From NCBI RefSeq assembly GCF_006345805.1, contig NC_043008.1, positions 5,394,001 to 5,458,000 of the forward strand: a DNA stretch of 64,000 nt, read 5' to 3'. Shown here in pieces: positions 51,180-61,564 of the stretch; position 1 is the stretch's first letter, and the number at the start of each line of letters is the position of its first letter. The notes under the pieces are model-generated. The model worked only from the letters and a program-made list of their open reading frames with translations. It was not told where the DNA came from and ran no database searches. Both the position numbers and the translations under genes were made by a program. The stretch comes from Octopus sinensis (lineage: Eukaryota).

Positions 51180-52500
51180 GTTGTAACAGATTTAAATTGA
51201 TTTGTTGACAATATTATGTGATGATGTTGGTGTCTGCGGTAGTAACGATCAAAAGTTTGTTATTAAAACGACTAAGTTGTAAAATGTGTAAGATGAACAA
51301 TATTCGAAGTTTTATGGAAATTGTTTATTTACCGTTACGTTACAATACCTTATCTCGACGGACAGGTTGATAAATCCAAAAACATGCGAAAGTTAAGTTT
51401 GCTGCGGTAGACTGTTTTCTTTACATAGTTTTACGTATACGAATAGATAGTAGTAATTCACACATAGCGATAGAATAATGTAGGAGAACAGAATTAGAGC
51501 TAAAGAGAATTGTATGGGCTGTCTCACAGTTGCTTTCTCCCTCTGACCAAGGTTGGTCAGCCAGACCTCGTTGAGTCGTCACCGGTTGGTGACTAACTGG
51601 TTTTTGCTTGGGATGAGCTTGCTTATACTAAGATCCAGAAGGATAGATATATATCATTGTGAACAATAGATTTAGTTGGTGATCTCGTTATCTATTCCAG
51701 CCCTTGGTGAAGTAGAAGAGGTTAGAAAGGGTCAAGTGGTGAAGACATTGTTTTGGCCTAGGTGAAGGCATCTGGAAAATGTAAAAACTGCTGTCAGAGA
51801 AAAACCATTGTTCCACCATGGGAAAAGTTCTGTAGCAGTGTTAGTTTAAATTTGGCTATGGTGGATCAAATCCACTTCATGCTTGCAGGATTCGCTACAC
51901 ACGCAACATGTCCAGCCCAAAAGAACTTGTGTCTAAGTGAAATATTAATATCAATATATAAATGTGTGTGTGTGTAAACCGTCTAAAAGTCCATAAGTCA
52001 AGCAAAAATGCACTCATATCTGTCAGTAGGGTGGGTATATTACTCAAAGTGTACAATAAATCCGTTACGGCTGATCTTACCAATCAGATTCTCACTAGGG
52101 GTTCAACGGAGTTTTAGGTAACAGCCCAGTTATATAACCTGTTATGTATTAGGTATGAAGTGAAATGTGGCGACTGCTATCTATTGTTGAAAGTGAAGAT
52201 ACATCCGGTTTGTGGATGCTGTGAAAAAGATGAAGCTAATCGAACAGGGGATTAAGTTAAGAGTTCCCTTGGTCAAAAAAAGAAAAAAAACTTCGTCACA
52301 GGTGGTTTTGCAAGTCCGCGAGAGTTTTCTGGACAAGAGTTTATGGGAAGTGTGTGTCTTTATGGTTATCACAAGCAAGGATCATAAACCAAACTTTGCC
52401 CCTAACCCCAAGTTTAAGCTGATAAATCCTGCGAAATCTGAGATTGGACAGGTGAACAAACATCTCATCGGGAAGGTGAATAAGTGCTTCTAGGCTAGCC
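51180..52500 (+). mobile_element. Penelope-like element remnant
   Basis: 52350-52493 encodes FMVITSKDHKPNFAPNPKFKLINPAKSEIGQVNKHLI, resembling the PLE RT N-terminal motif (KDHKPNF..NP..RLINPAKSEIG). The upstream part is the repeat shared with 310-950. Confidence 0.6.
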
Positions 52501-52932
52501 CTATGGCGTAACACAACGAGGTCATAACACGGTTTAAAACCAATAACCGATCGAAATCGATCAAAAATCAATGGAAATCGTAGTTGTGATACCAGTGCCG
52601 GTGGCACGTAAAAAGCACCAACCGATCGTGGCCGTTGCAAGCCTCGCCTGGCACCGTTGCCAGCCTCCCCTGGCACCGTTGCCAGCCTCCCCTGGCACCT
52701 GTGCCGGTAGCACGTATAAAGCACCCACTACACTCACGGAGTGGTTGGCGTTAGGAAGGGCATCCAGCTGTAGAAACACTGCCAGATCAGACTGGGCCTG
52801 GTGCAGCCTCCTGGCTTCCCAGACCAAGGTTGAACCGTCCAACACATGCTAGCATGGAAAACGGACGTTAAACGATGATGATGATGAACAGAAGGGGTTT
52901 AGCTAGGTTTACCCAATTCGATATAGTGGACT

Positions 52933-53060
52933 TCACTATAGTACTATAGTGTACCATAGTACAATAGTTTACTATAGTGTACAATAGTACTATAGTTTAC
53001 TATAGTGTACTATAGTTTACTATAGTGTACCATAGTTTACTATAGTGTACTATAGTACTA
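52933..53060. repeat. Tandem 8-10 bp palindromic unit (TATAGTGTAC/TATAGTTTAC/TATAGTAC)
   Basis: Directly visible. Confidence 0.9.
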
Positions 53061-53329
53061 GGTCCGTACGTTGTCCTTAATTACATATAACAACAAAGTC
53101 ACCTTAAACAACAATAAAGTAGAAAATTTTGAAACTATTAAGCTTTTAAAGCAGAGTTTTAAAGAATATAAAAAAAAACACATACTGTTTATGTGAAGTT
53201 CCCAATCGTTTGTTGATTGTCGATTATTTCGTGATCGAAATCCTCAATAAAAGCGATTTGGTTTTGATTTCGTAAATAATGGCTGACAAATGTAAGGGAG
53301 GTAAGCAGGTACTCTTGATCGGAATGGCC

Positions 53330-53360
53330 GAATGAATGAATGAATGAATGAATGAATGAA

Positions 53361-53437
<77 letters not shown>
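53330..53437. repeat. (GAAT)n then (AAT)25 microsatellite
   Basis: Directly visible; abuts the Tx1 3' end. Confidence 0.95.
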
Positions 53438-53717
53438 CAATTCTTTTTTATTGGCCACAAGGGCTGACACGCATGATTACATAAAGGGACAAAACAGGAC
53501 GAAAGGTTACAAAGGGTTTTGTCCGTTTTTGAAAAACATCGAGTAAAAATCTTTATAACAATTTTAAAAATTCAACAATGAAAAACTCCCAAAAGGGGGA
53601 GACGTTTCGAAAGGTTCCTGGTGGAAAAAACCCTACAAAAGCCAACGGGAACCTGGTCAAAAAAAAGGGGTGTAGAGAGTCCCCTTTTTTTTCTCCTTTT
53701 GTATTACCTTTTTGAAA

Positions 53718-56700
53718 TCACAGGCGAAACCTGAGAACTGGTCCATTTATACAGGCCAGTCTCGCACAATTCACCCACCTTTCATAAAACTTGCTATCGG
53801 ACAGCACTTTCCTCTCTAACCTCATCTTCCTTTTCAAGTGAAACTTGAAAAAGTTGATGAGGCCTTGACCAAAGAGGAAAGTGTCTGTCTTTAGCCCTTT
53901 CAAACGAGTCCACCACACGACCTCTTTCGCCACAGCCACTAGGCACAAGAAAACGGCCTCGTCCTCCTTGTTAAAGGAGGTCGGTGGGGCAATCTTCACT
54001 ATGGATTCGGCCGATAGTCGGATCCGTCCTACACGTGACAGTAGCTGTTCGACATAAACCCATATTTCAGCAATACTCGGGCACTGAACGAGTGCGTGCA
54101 GAACGGTTTCGTCGTCCTGGCAACACCTCGGGCAGGCCCGGCTGACGGCACTTCCGTGCCGGTAGAGTTTATCTCGAACAGGCAGAGCCCCTCGGTAGCA
54201 CTGCCAGGCGAGAGACCTCTGGAAATTATCCATCGGCCCCGGCCCGAAAGTCCTCCCGAACAGACCGCACAGTTCGTCATCTTCAACGCCTAGAGTTTCC
54301 CCGAGAACGTCGTCGCATTTTTCCTCCACTAACCCTCTATAGAACGCTAGAGTGGAGCTGTAACCGATCGCATTGCCCGCCTGACGGAGGGCGGAGAGGG
54401 CTTGACGGCACTCGAGGTGCCAAGCGCCTTTCTCGGTCTACGTTTGATCCAGGTCTGCAGCTCCGTCAAAGAGACGAGCTGCGGAAAATCGCGTCTGACA
54501 AAAGACGACCACACCTGTTCACCGTCTAGGAAGCGCTTGAGATGCCGCAGCCTGAGCGCATGTCTGCGCAACAGCAACCACGGCATTCCAAGGCCTCCGT
54601 TCAGCGGTCGTTGACAGCAGATGGATCGCCTGACCAGTGGCACCTGACCCTTCCACAAAAAGTCGAAGAGCAGGCGTACCAGCTTGGCCAACCAGCGGTC
54701 GGGACAAGGGACGACGGTCAAGCGGTAATAGATGACGGATGCGATGTACGCATTCGCCACCTCCGCTCGACCTTTCAGGGACAGCTTCCTCTCGGCCCAT
54801 TTCTGGGTGAGACGTTCCACCCTGCTCGTCACCTCTTCCCAGTTCTTATCCACCTGGAGGTCCGGACCGAACCAGACCCCGAGCAGTTTAACGGGTCCGT
54901 CTGTCCAGCGCCCTACGACGCTGTTGGACGGCATGGGCTTGCCTCTCCAGGTGCCCAGCTGCAAGCCCACAGACTTTTCCGCGTTAATCTTTGCCCCTGT
55001 CACCGCTTCGTACTGGTTTAGCGTCTCGCCAATCAGGCCAATGTGCCTGTGGCTCGACACCACCACGGTGACGTCGTCGGCATAAGCAGACACGCTGTTT
55101 CCGCCTCCTAGATCGCGCGGGATACCCCTCAAAGCCTCCAACTTGCGCAGTAATGGCTCGAGAGTCAAAATGTATAAGAGGGAGGAGAGAGGGCATCCTT
55201 GGCGGACCGAACGCGAGATGTCGAACGGTTCCGAAAGGTGACCGTTCACCCGTATCACCGAGCAGATGTTGCTGTATAAAGCAGCGATCCACCCGCGGAA
55301 GACTGGACCGAAGCCGGCTGCCCTGAGGACAGCTGCCAGGTACCGATGGTCGACCCTATCGAAGGCTTTACTCTGATCCAAGTTGATCAAAGCCCCACCC
55401 GCGCCAGCGTCGTTACCCACCCTCTCTATGATGTAGCGCATGAGATGGAGGTTGTCGTGTATCGACCTGGTCGGCACGGCGCATGTCTGCGTCTTGCCGA
55501 CCAGCTTGTCCACGACAAGCGCCAATCTCTTGGCTAGCACCTTGGCCAAAATCTTCAACTCTGCATTGAGCAGAGTGATGGCCCGGAAATTCCCTATAAC
55601 GTCTCCCTTGTTTGGGTCCTTCTTTAGCAAAGCCACCACCCCTCGACAGACAAAAGCAGGAATTCTCCCGTTTTGCTGCCAGTTGCAGTAGACGTTTGCC
55701 AACAGGTCCGCAAACAAGTCTGGCATTGAAAAGTAAAGCTCGTAGGGCAGACCATCCAAACCCGGCGATCTACCTCTCGTGCAACTCTTCATCGCTTCCC
55801 GTACTTCCCAGGCAGATATCGGTCCTTCGCAGCACTCTGCCTCGCTGTCCGAGAGTTGCGGTAGGCCGTCCAGGTACACACCGAAGTCTGCACCGTTGTC
55901 CGTTCCACCGCTCGTCCCAAACAGTTGAGCAAAGTGCCGCTGAAGCACCGTACACATCTGCTTCGGTTCGGTAACCTCGCGCCCGTTCTGGTCCACCAAA
56001 GACCGAATGGTTGCTCTGTTGCCTCGCTTCGCCTCCGCCACGCGGGCCCATCGAGCGGCTCTAGTCCCCTCCCCGCTTAGCGAACATGCCTTAGCTCTGA
56101 CAACGCAGCCTTCGTGTTTGGCGTCGAAGTGTTGGTCGAGGGCCAACCTTGCCGCCAACACGTCGGTCGCGATGCCAGTGTCAAGAGCCTCGTCTAGTTT
56201 CTTAACTAAATCCCGCTCTCTCTTCCTACGTTCAATAGCTAGAGTCTTACTATACCTAATCGACTCTACTCTAATTGCTCTCTTGAGGGCAAACCACCAG
56301 TTGTTGTTGATGATTGCCCCCGTGAGCGCCCGCTTAACTAGTAAACTAATCCGGTCTCTGTAAGATTTGCACGCCGTTAACGACGCGTTCAGCTTCCAGT
56401 AGCCGGGTCCCTGTCTATGTAGCCTATCTAAGTCGACCGTACAGATCACTAATTTGTGGTCCGTATATTCGACTAGGTGGAATTGTGGACACCCTACGCT
56501 GTCCTTATCCGCTGGCCTACAAAACACTCTATCTAAGTACGATCTAGACGACCCGATGCGGTTGGTCCAAGTCCACATTGGCACATTCGGGTTGTTTAGT
56601 CGAAACCTGTCGGACAGCTGAAAGCGGCCGAGTAGGTTGGCGAGGCTCTTGCACCCTCCCCCTCTCCTATCAGACGCTCCCCTGCCCACCCGATCGAAAC

Positions 56701-57148
56701 GTTCGTCTAAGACAGCGTTCCAATCCCCAACTAGCACTAGAGTGCGTGACGTTCCCAGGAAAACTTCCAGACGTTTGAAATAATCCGACTGCCCTGCTCC
56801 TGTCGGAGCGTAGGCAGCCAGCAGTCTGAAAGCACCGCCGTCACTACCGTCGACGTCGAGGACCACCAACTTACCTTCCGGATCCAAGAAGACTGTCCTT
56901 ATTTTCAGGTCCAGGCCCTTCCGAAACAACACCGCAGTACCACCACCGCCCGCTCCCGGCCGACACGGAGATAGAAATATCTCGTATCCGCCGAAAAGGG
57001 TTGCGAGTTCCTGCGGGTCGGAGAGCCTGGTTTCACTGATGGCTGCTACATCCACATCATGAAACCTCAGGTCGTTTAACAGGTGACCCTGTTTCCAAGG
57101 TGACCCGAGGCCTCTCACATTCAAGCAACCGATTCTAAGATTTGCCAT
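53718..57148 (-). CDS. Tx1 ORF2 (AP endonuclease + reverse transcriptase), one frameshift at about 54425
   Basis: GCLNVRGL, ISETR, GDWNA, YLDRVF, DHKLV (APE); DQSKAFDRV, RQGCPLS, YADDV (RT); after the shift, CPRCCQDDETVLHALVQC. Confidence 0.9.
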
Positions 57149-57186
57149 GTCTCAAAAGTAGGGGGGAAAAAAGGAGAAAAAAGGCT

Positions 57187-58975
57187 CTACTTACTGTTGT
57201 TGGTGGTGGGGGTGGCTCCCTTGTGCTTTTGCACGGGTGCTTCCACAATGTTTTTATAAAGTTTCTTCGAGAAACTTTTCCCTAGCGATCCCACATCGTT
57301 ATGGAATATTTGTTTGATTTCATCATATGTTTTTGCATTTATTTTTATTGTGAGAATGTGTGCTGGTGGTGTGTTTTGTGTTGGTATGATGAAATCGGTT
57401 ATATTTGTACTAGTTTTGTTTTTTAAGTACTCCACTAGTTTTTGGTTCTTTGTGTTTATTGATGTAATTGTGTCTGTGTGGGTTTGTGTCTGTGGCAGTG
57501 GCAGTAGTGGTGTCGAAAGTGTTGTTGTTGTTTGTTGTTGTGAATGTGTGTTGTCGTTGATGTTGTTGTTGATGTTTGGAAGCACTATTTGTTCGTGCTT
57601 CCCCTGTAAATCTTTTTGTTTTTTCCTCCTTTCTTCTTTGGAGGCACTATACTCCATTCTCCTTTGTTGGAATCAGAGCTCGCACAATCCGACTCTTCAT
57701 CCGGCAAAGGAATGGTTGAGGGGTCTGCTTCAGTAGCAGGACGAAAGGTTTTTGGTTCCGCCGGTATCGGTGGTGCCGCTGCTCCTGTTGCTGTTGATGT
57801 TGCTGCTGTTGACCTTCGAGGTACTGGTGTCGGTGTTGGTTTGGTGGTGGTTGTTGTTGTTGGAGGTGGTGTTGTTCGTCTTGGTGCTGGTGATGGTGTT
57901 GGTGGTGTGGCAGCTTTTGGTGTTTCGTGCTGTTTCTGTTGTTGTTGTTGTTGCTTCCTCTTGTTGTACTCCTCCATCCTCTTTTTTTGAATGGGGCAGT
58001 CCCTCTTTAAGTGGCTTTCGCTGCTGCAGATGAAACATTTTGGCTTTCGCCCCTCCACAGCAACGTTTAGCCTGGTGCCGTCCGGCAAACTTACGAAATC
58101 AGGGACTTTACTGATATTTTCTTGCTGAATTTGCGCAAGAAGCAGCACTCCCATCCCCAACCAGTTTTTCGCCCTCACTCTCCTGACATCTAGTGTCCTC
58201 TATATCATAGAGGACAGCTGCCACCAGCCATGACATATCTAACTCAGGGGTGGGGGGGGGGGGCAAGGTCGATCTTTATTTTCGTTACTCTTCGCCCGAG
58301 GTGGGTCGGGACTAGTAACAAATTCTCAGTTTGCAAGGGCGAAATGGCGTTCGCCCTTGCAAGCTCCTCTGTTGGGAAGCGAACCTCCACGGTTCCGAAA
58401 CGCTTCCCCTTGGTTACGTAGCTCTTTTGGGCCCAAATGGGCTTTAAAGCTATCTCTAACTGTTGGGGTGTGGCATTTGTCATTTTTTTCAGTTTCCTAT
58501 CGAAAACTTTGTATGTGATTGTTTTTTTGTTTGTGTCTTCAATCACCTCTTGTGGAGTATTGAGGAAGATGCTGTTGCCATTCTTTCTCAATAATTCTTT
58601 AGCTTTTTTTATTTCTTCTAAAGTTATCTTAACTTCCTCCGAAATTTGCTTCGCAGCAGAAGCAAAATTGTTGGAAACCTTTTCATTTCTCTCCGTGTTC
58701 CTGTCTGTGTTTGTGTCCGTTATAACCTTCCTCTCCTTCCCCTTCGGTACAATATCACTTGTTGAAGGCAGAGGGGGAAAATCAGGAGTGACGTCGAACG
58801 CGACGTCCTGGCTAGCATTCACCTTTCGAACGGTGCGCGTGCTTTCCGTTTCGGAAGGAGGAGCTCTGTTGCCTTTTACGGCGCGAAGTGGGTGTTTTTT
58901 TGGTGATAATGTGTGTGTTTGCGGAGGGAATGTAAATGGAAGGAAGGAACAGCTAACTGCTCGCTTCATAGCCAT
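57187..58975 (-). CDS. Tx1 ORF1 (gag-like, zinc knuckle), broken by 3 frameshifts
   Basis: Segments 58975-58244, 58178-57585 and 57657-57187 join with shifts at the C12 run (58252-58263), at about 58192 and at an A6 run (about 57620); contains CFICSSESHLKRDC. Confidence 0.7.
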
Positions 58976-59199
58976 TTTTTTTTGTTCAAAAGTTTGTTAT
59001 TTTGACAAAGTTCAAAATTTCAAAAACGTAATTTCACCCCGAATGGGGCAAAATTTCGCCCAATCGACGAGCTCCGCAAGAAGCTGGTCGGTTTGGCTAC
59101 AAAAATATTAAAAAATATTAAAACTTATCGATAAATTTCCAATGAAATTGGTGTCAAATTCACGGAGCCTTTTCAGACACGTCCATCGGCGTCGGAAGG

Positions 59200-61248
59200 A
59201 ATAATAATAATAATAATTGTGTACAGTGCTCAGGTGCACTACAACTCATCTAAAGTGTATATATAATCAGGTGTAGTTTCGGCGGATTTCGGAAAGCATG
59301 AGGGCCTTAAAGGATGCAGTGTCATGGCAGTCAACAACTGACGCAGGCAGTTTATTCCATGCTTCAGCAACTCTGAGCGTGAAAAAATGTTTCCGAAAGT
59401 CATGGGAGCTGTGTTGTTTTCTGACTTTGTAGGCATGTCCACGTGTGTTAGACACATGGAGATCAAAAAGGTGTTCAGTGTTGTTGTTGGTGAGGTGGTT
59501 GATAACTTTGTGGGTGTTTACCAAGTCCGTCGCCAGACGCCGGAGCTTCAGTGAATCCATGCCCAGAGAAACAAGGCGCTCAGAATATGGTAGGTGTCTG
59601 ATGGAGGGTATGCGTTTGGTTGCACGTCTCTGGACAGATTCCAGGAGGTCAATGTTCTGAGCAAGATAGGGGTTCCAAACTGATGATGCGAATTCCAAGT
59701 GTGGTCGTACCATAGCTGTATACAGTTTTAAATAGATGGCTGGAGAGCGGCTAACAAAAGTCTTGCTGAGTGATGCCAAGACACCCTCGGCCTTCTTGAC
59801 AATTTTAGAGATATGCTTTGTCCAACGCAAATCACTGCTGACAGTGATGCCTAGGTCACGCTCGCAAGAGGATTTCTTGATATCAGTGTTGTGGAGGGAG
59901 TATGTAGACGCAGGGTTTTTTCTCTCAAAATGCATGGTGGTACACTTGTCCACAGCCAGTTTCAGTTGCCAGTCTGTGATCCATTGCTGCATTGTGTCTA
60001 GGTCTGATTGCAGGAAAGAGTTGTAGACATCAGGATCTGTCCTCTTGATTTCAAGGTACAGCTTGATGTCGTCTGCATATTTCAATACTGTGGCATTCTT
60101 TAAATTGGCATCTATGTCATTAATGTATGCCACAAACAAGAGGGGACCAAGGACAGATCCCTGTGGTACACCCGATGACATCTCATATGGTGTAGAATGC
60201 TGTCCTAGAACTGTGACTACCTCCTTTCGGCTGAGAATGAAGGATTTCAACCAGTTAAAAAGGTCTTCCCTCACACCCATTGCAGAGAGTTTCACCATAA
60301 GCCTTTTGTGTGGCACAGAGTTGAAAGCCTTAGCAAAGTCAAGGTAGACAACATCCACCCATGAGCCACTGTCAGTGATCTGAGTAATGTCCTCAAGGAA
60401 CTCGACAAGCTGATCACTGCAGCTGGAGTTAGGGACAAATCCATATTGTGAGGGTCGGATGAGACTGTGAGAGCTCCAGAAGTTCCAGAGTGTTTCTCTG
60501 ACACACGATTCCATCAGTTTTGCAATACAGCTAGTGAGACTGACTGGGCGATAGTTGACAGGTGATGTGCAGTCGCCCTTTTTGAACAGAGGAATGACAC
60601 TGGCAGTTTTCCACTGCTCCGGAGTAGCACCATTGTTGAGACAGTATTGGAAGAAAATAGAAAGCTGGTGTAAAAGGAAGTACCTGCCACGTTTGAGAAG
60701 CTGGTATGTAACTCCATCGAGACCAGGGGAGGCATAGTTGCGCTTATTTTGAAGGTGACGTCGCAGCATTGCAGGTGTAAATTCCAAAGTTGTTATGGAA
60801 TTTGCTGTTAGTGATGGTGAAGATGGTACATTTTGACTTTCAACAGTGAATATGTTTGCATAGCACTCGGCAATGAGTTCTGCGCATTCCTTGGGGTCGT
60901 CAGTGATCTGGTTTGTGTGAGGGTTGCGAAGAGGGCCCACTGGAGAGTGAGGTCTCTGCTTTGAATGCACATATTTCCAGAAAACCTTGCTGTCAGGATT
61001 GGCTGCTATGCACTGTTCAAATTCAAGCACTGCTTTTTTTGTCACTTGCTTGAGATGGTTGGAAGATTTATTCCGCTTCTTCCTGTTGGTGCCTGATTTA
61101 TGCAACTTGTATTCCCGTTCAGCAGTCCGACGTTCCTTCCTGGCAAGTCGGACTGCTGAAGTTTCCCAAATTGCCCTTTTGGGGCGGTTCTTCTTTTTCT
61201 GTTTACGTGGCACTGATACTGCATATGCTGCCCATATTGAGTCCAGGA
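59200..61248 (-). mobile_element. CR1 LINE with an intact ORF2 segment of about 660 codons, cut at its 5' side by an LTR element
   Basis: Open frame from 61246 to the stop at 59267: SPGLDG, YRPVSLT, YLDFAKAF, GVPQGSVLGPLLF, YADDIK; short 3'UTR and (ATT)6 tail. Confidence 0.92.
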
Positions 61249-61486
61249 TGTTATATAATCATCACAACAAACATGAACAATCAACGTCGCCCATTGTCTC
61301 CCTTGATAAAAGGACTTTCACTTTGTTTCCCGCCAAAACAATTAACTTGTACAACAACGGCAGTCGAATAAAGTATCTTGTATCGTTAACACGTTGTTTC
61401 AGTCTCTCTCATTTTCTTAATCTTTCATACTAAGTACTCACTACTTCCTTTAATACTCAATACATTATATATATATAACAACAACA
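61249..61486 (+). mobile_element. 5' LTR of a Gypsy element (238 bp)
   Basis: TGTT...AACA termini, internal AATAAA, immediately followed by a PBS and gag-pol. Confidence 0.8.
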
Positions 61487-61497
61487 TGGTGTCAGAA
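61487..61497 (+). promoter_or_regulatory. Primer-binding site (tRNA-Leu-like)
   Basis: TGGTGTCAGAA is complementary to a tRNA 3' end ...TTCTGACACCA, as I recall for tRNA-Leu(CAA). Confidence 0.65.
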
Positions 61498-61564
61498 TAC
61501 TAAAAGAACCCAAAATACAGAAACCAAAGGAAAAAAGAAGTTGAAATCATACTTCAAAGACAAA

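Larger units (their letters stand above)
53438..59199 (-). mobile_element. Near-full-length Tx1/L1-clade non-LTR retrotransposon (about 5.76 kb)
   Basis: 5'UTR, ORF1 with a CCHC knuckle, ORF2 with APE + RT + Cys/His motif, AATAAA at 53452-53447, and (ATT)n on both flanks. Confidence 0.9.

Noticed and set aside
51140-51500. CpG-retaining candidate promoter
   Set aside because: It is part of the repeat also present at about 670-950.
52933-53060. CRISPR-like array
   Set aside because: No unique spacers and a eukaryotic context; a simple tandem repeat.
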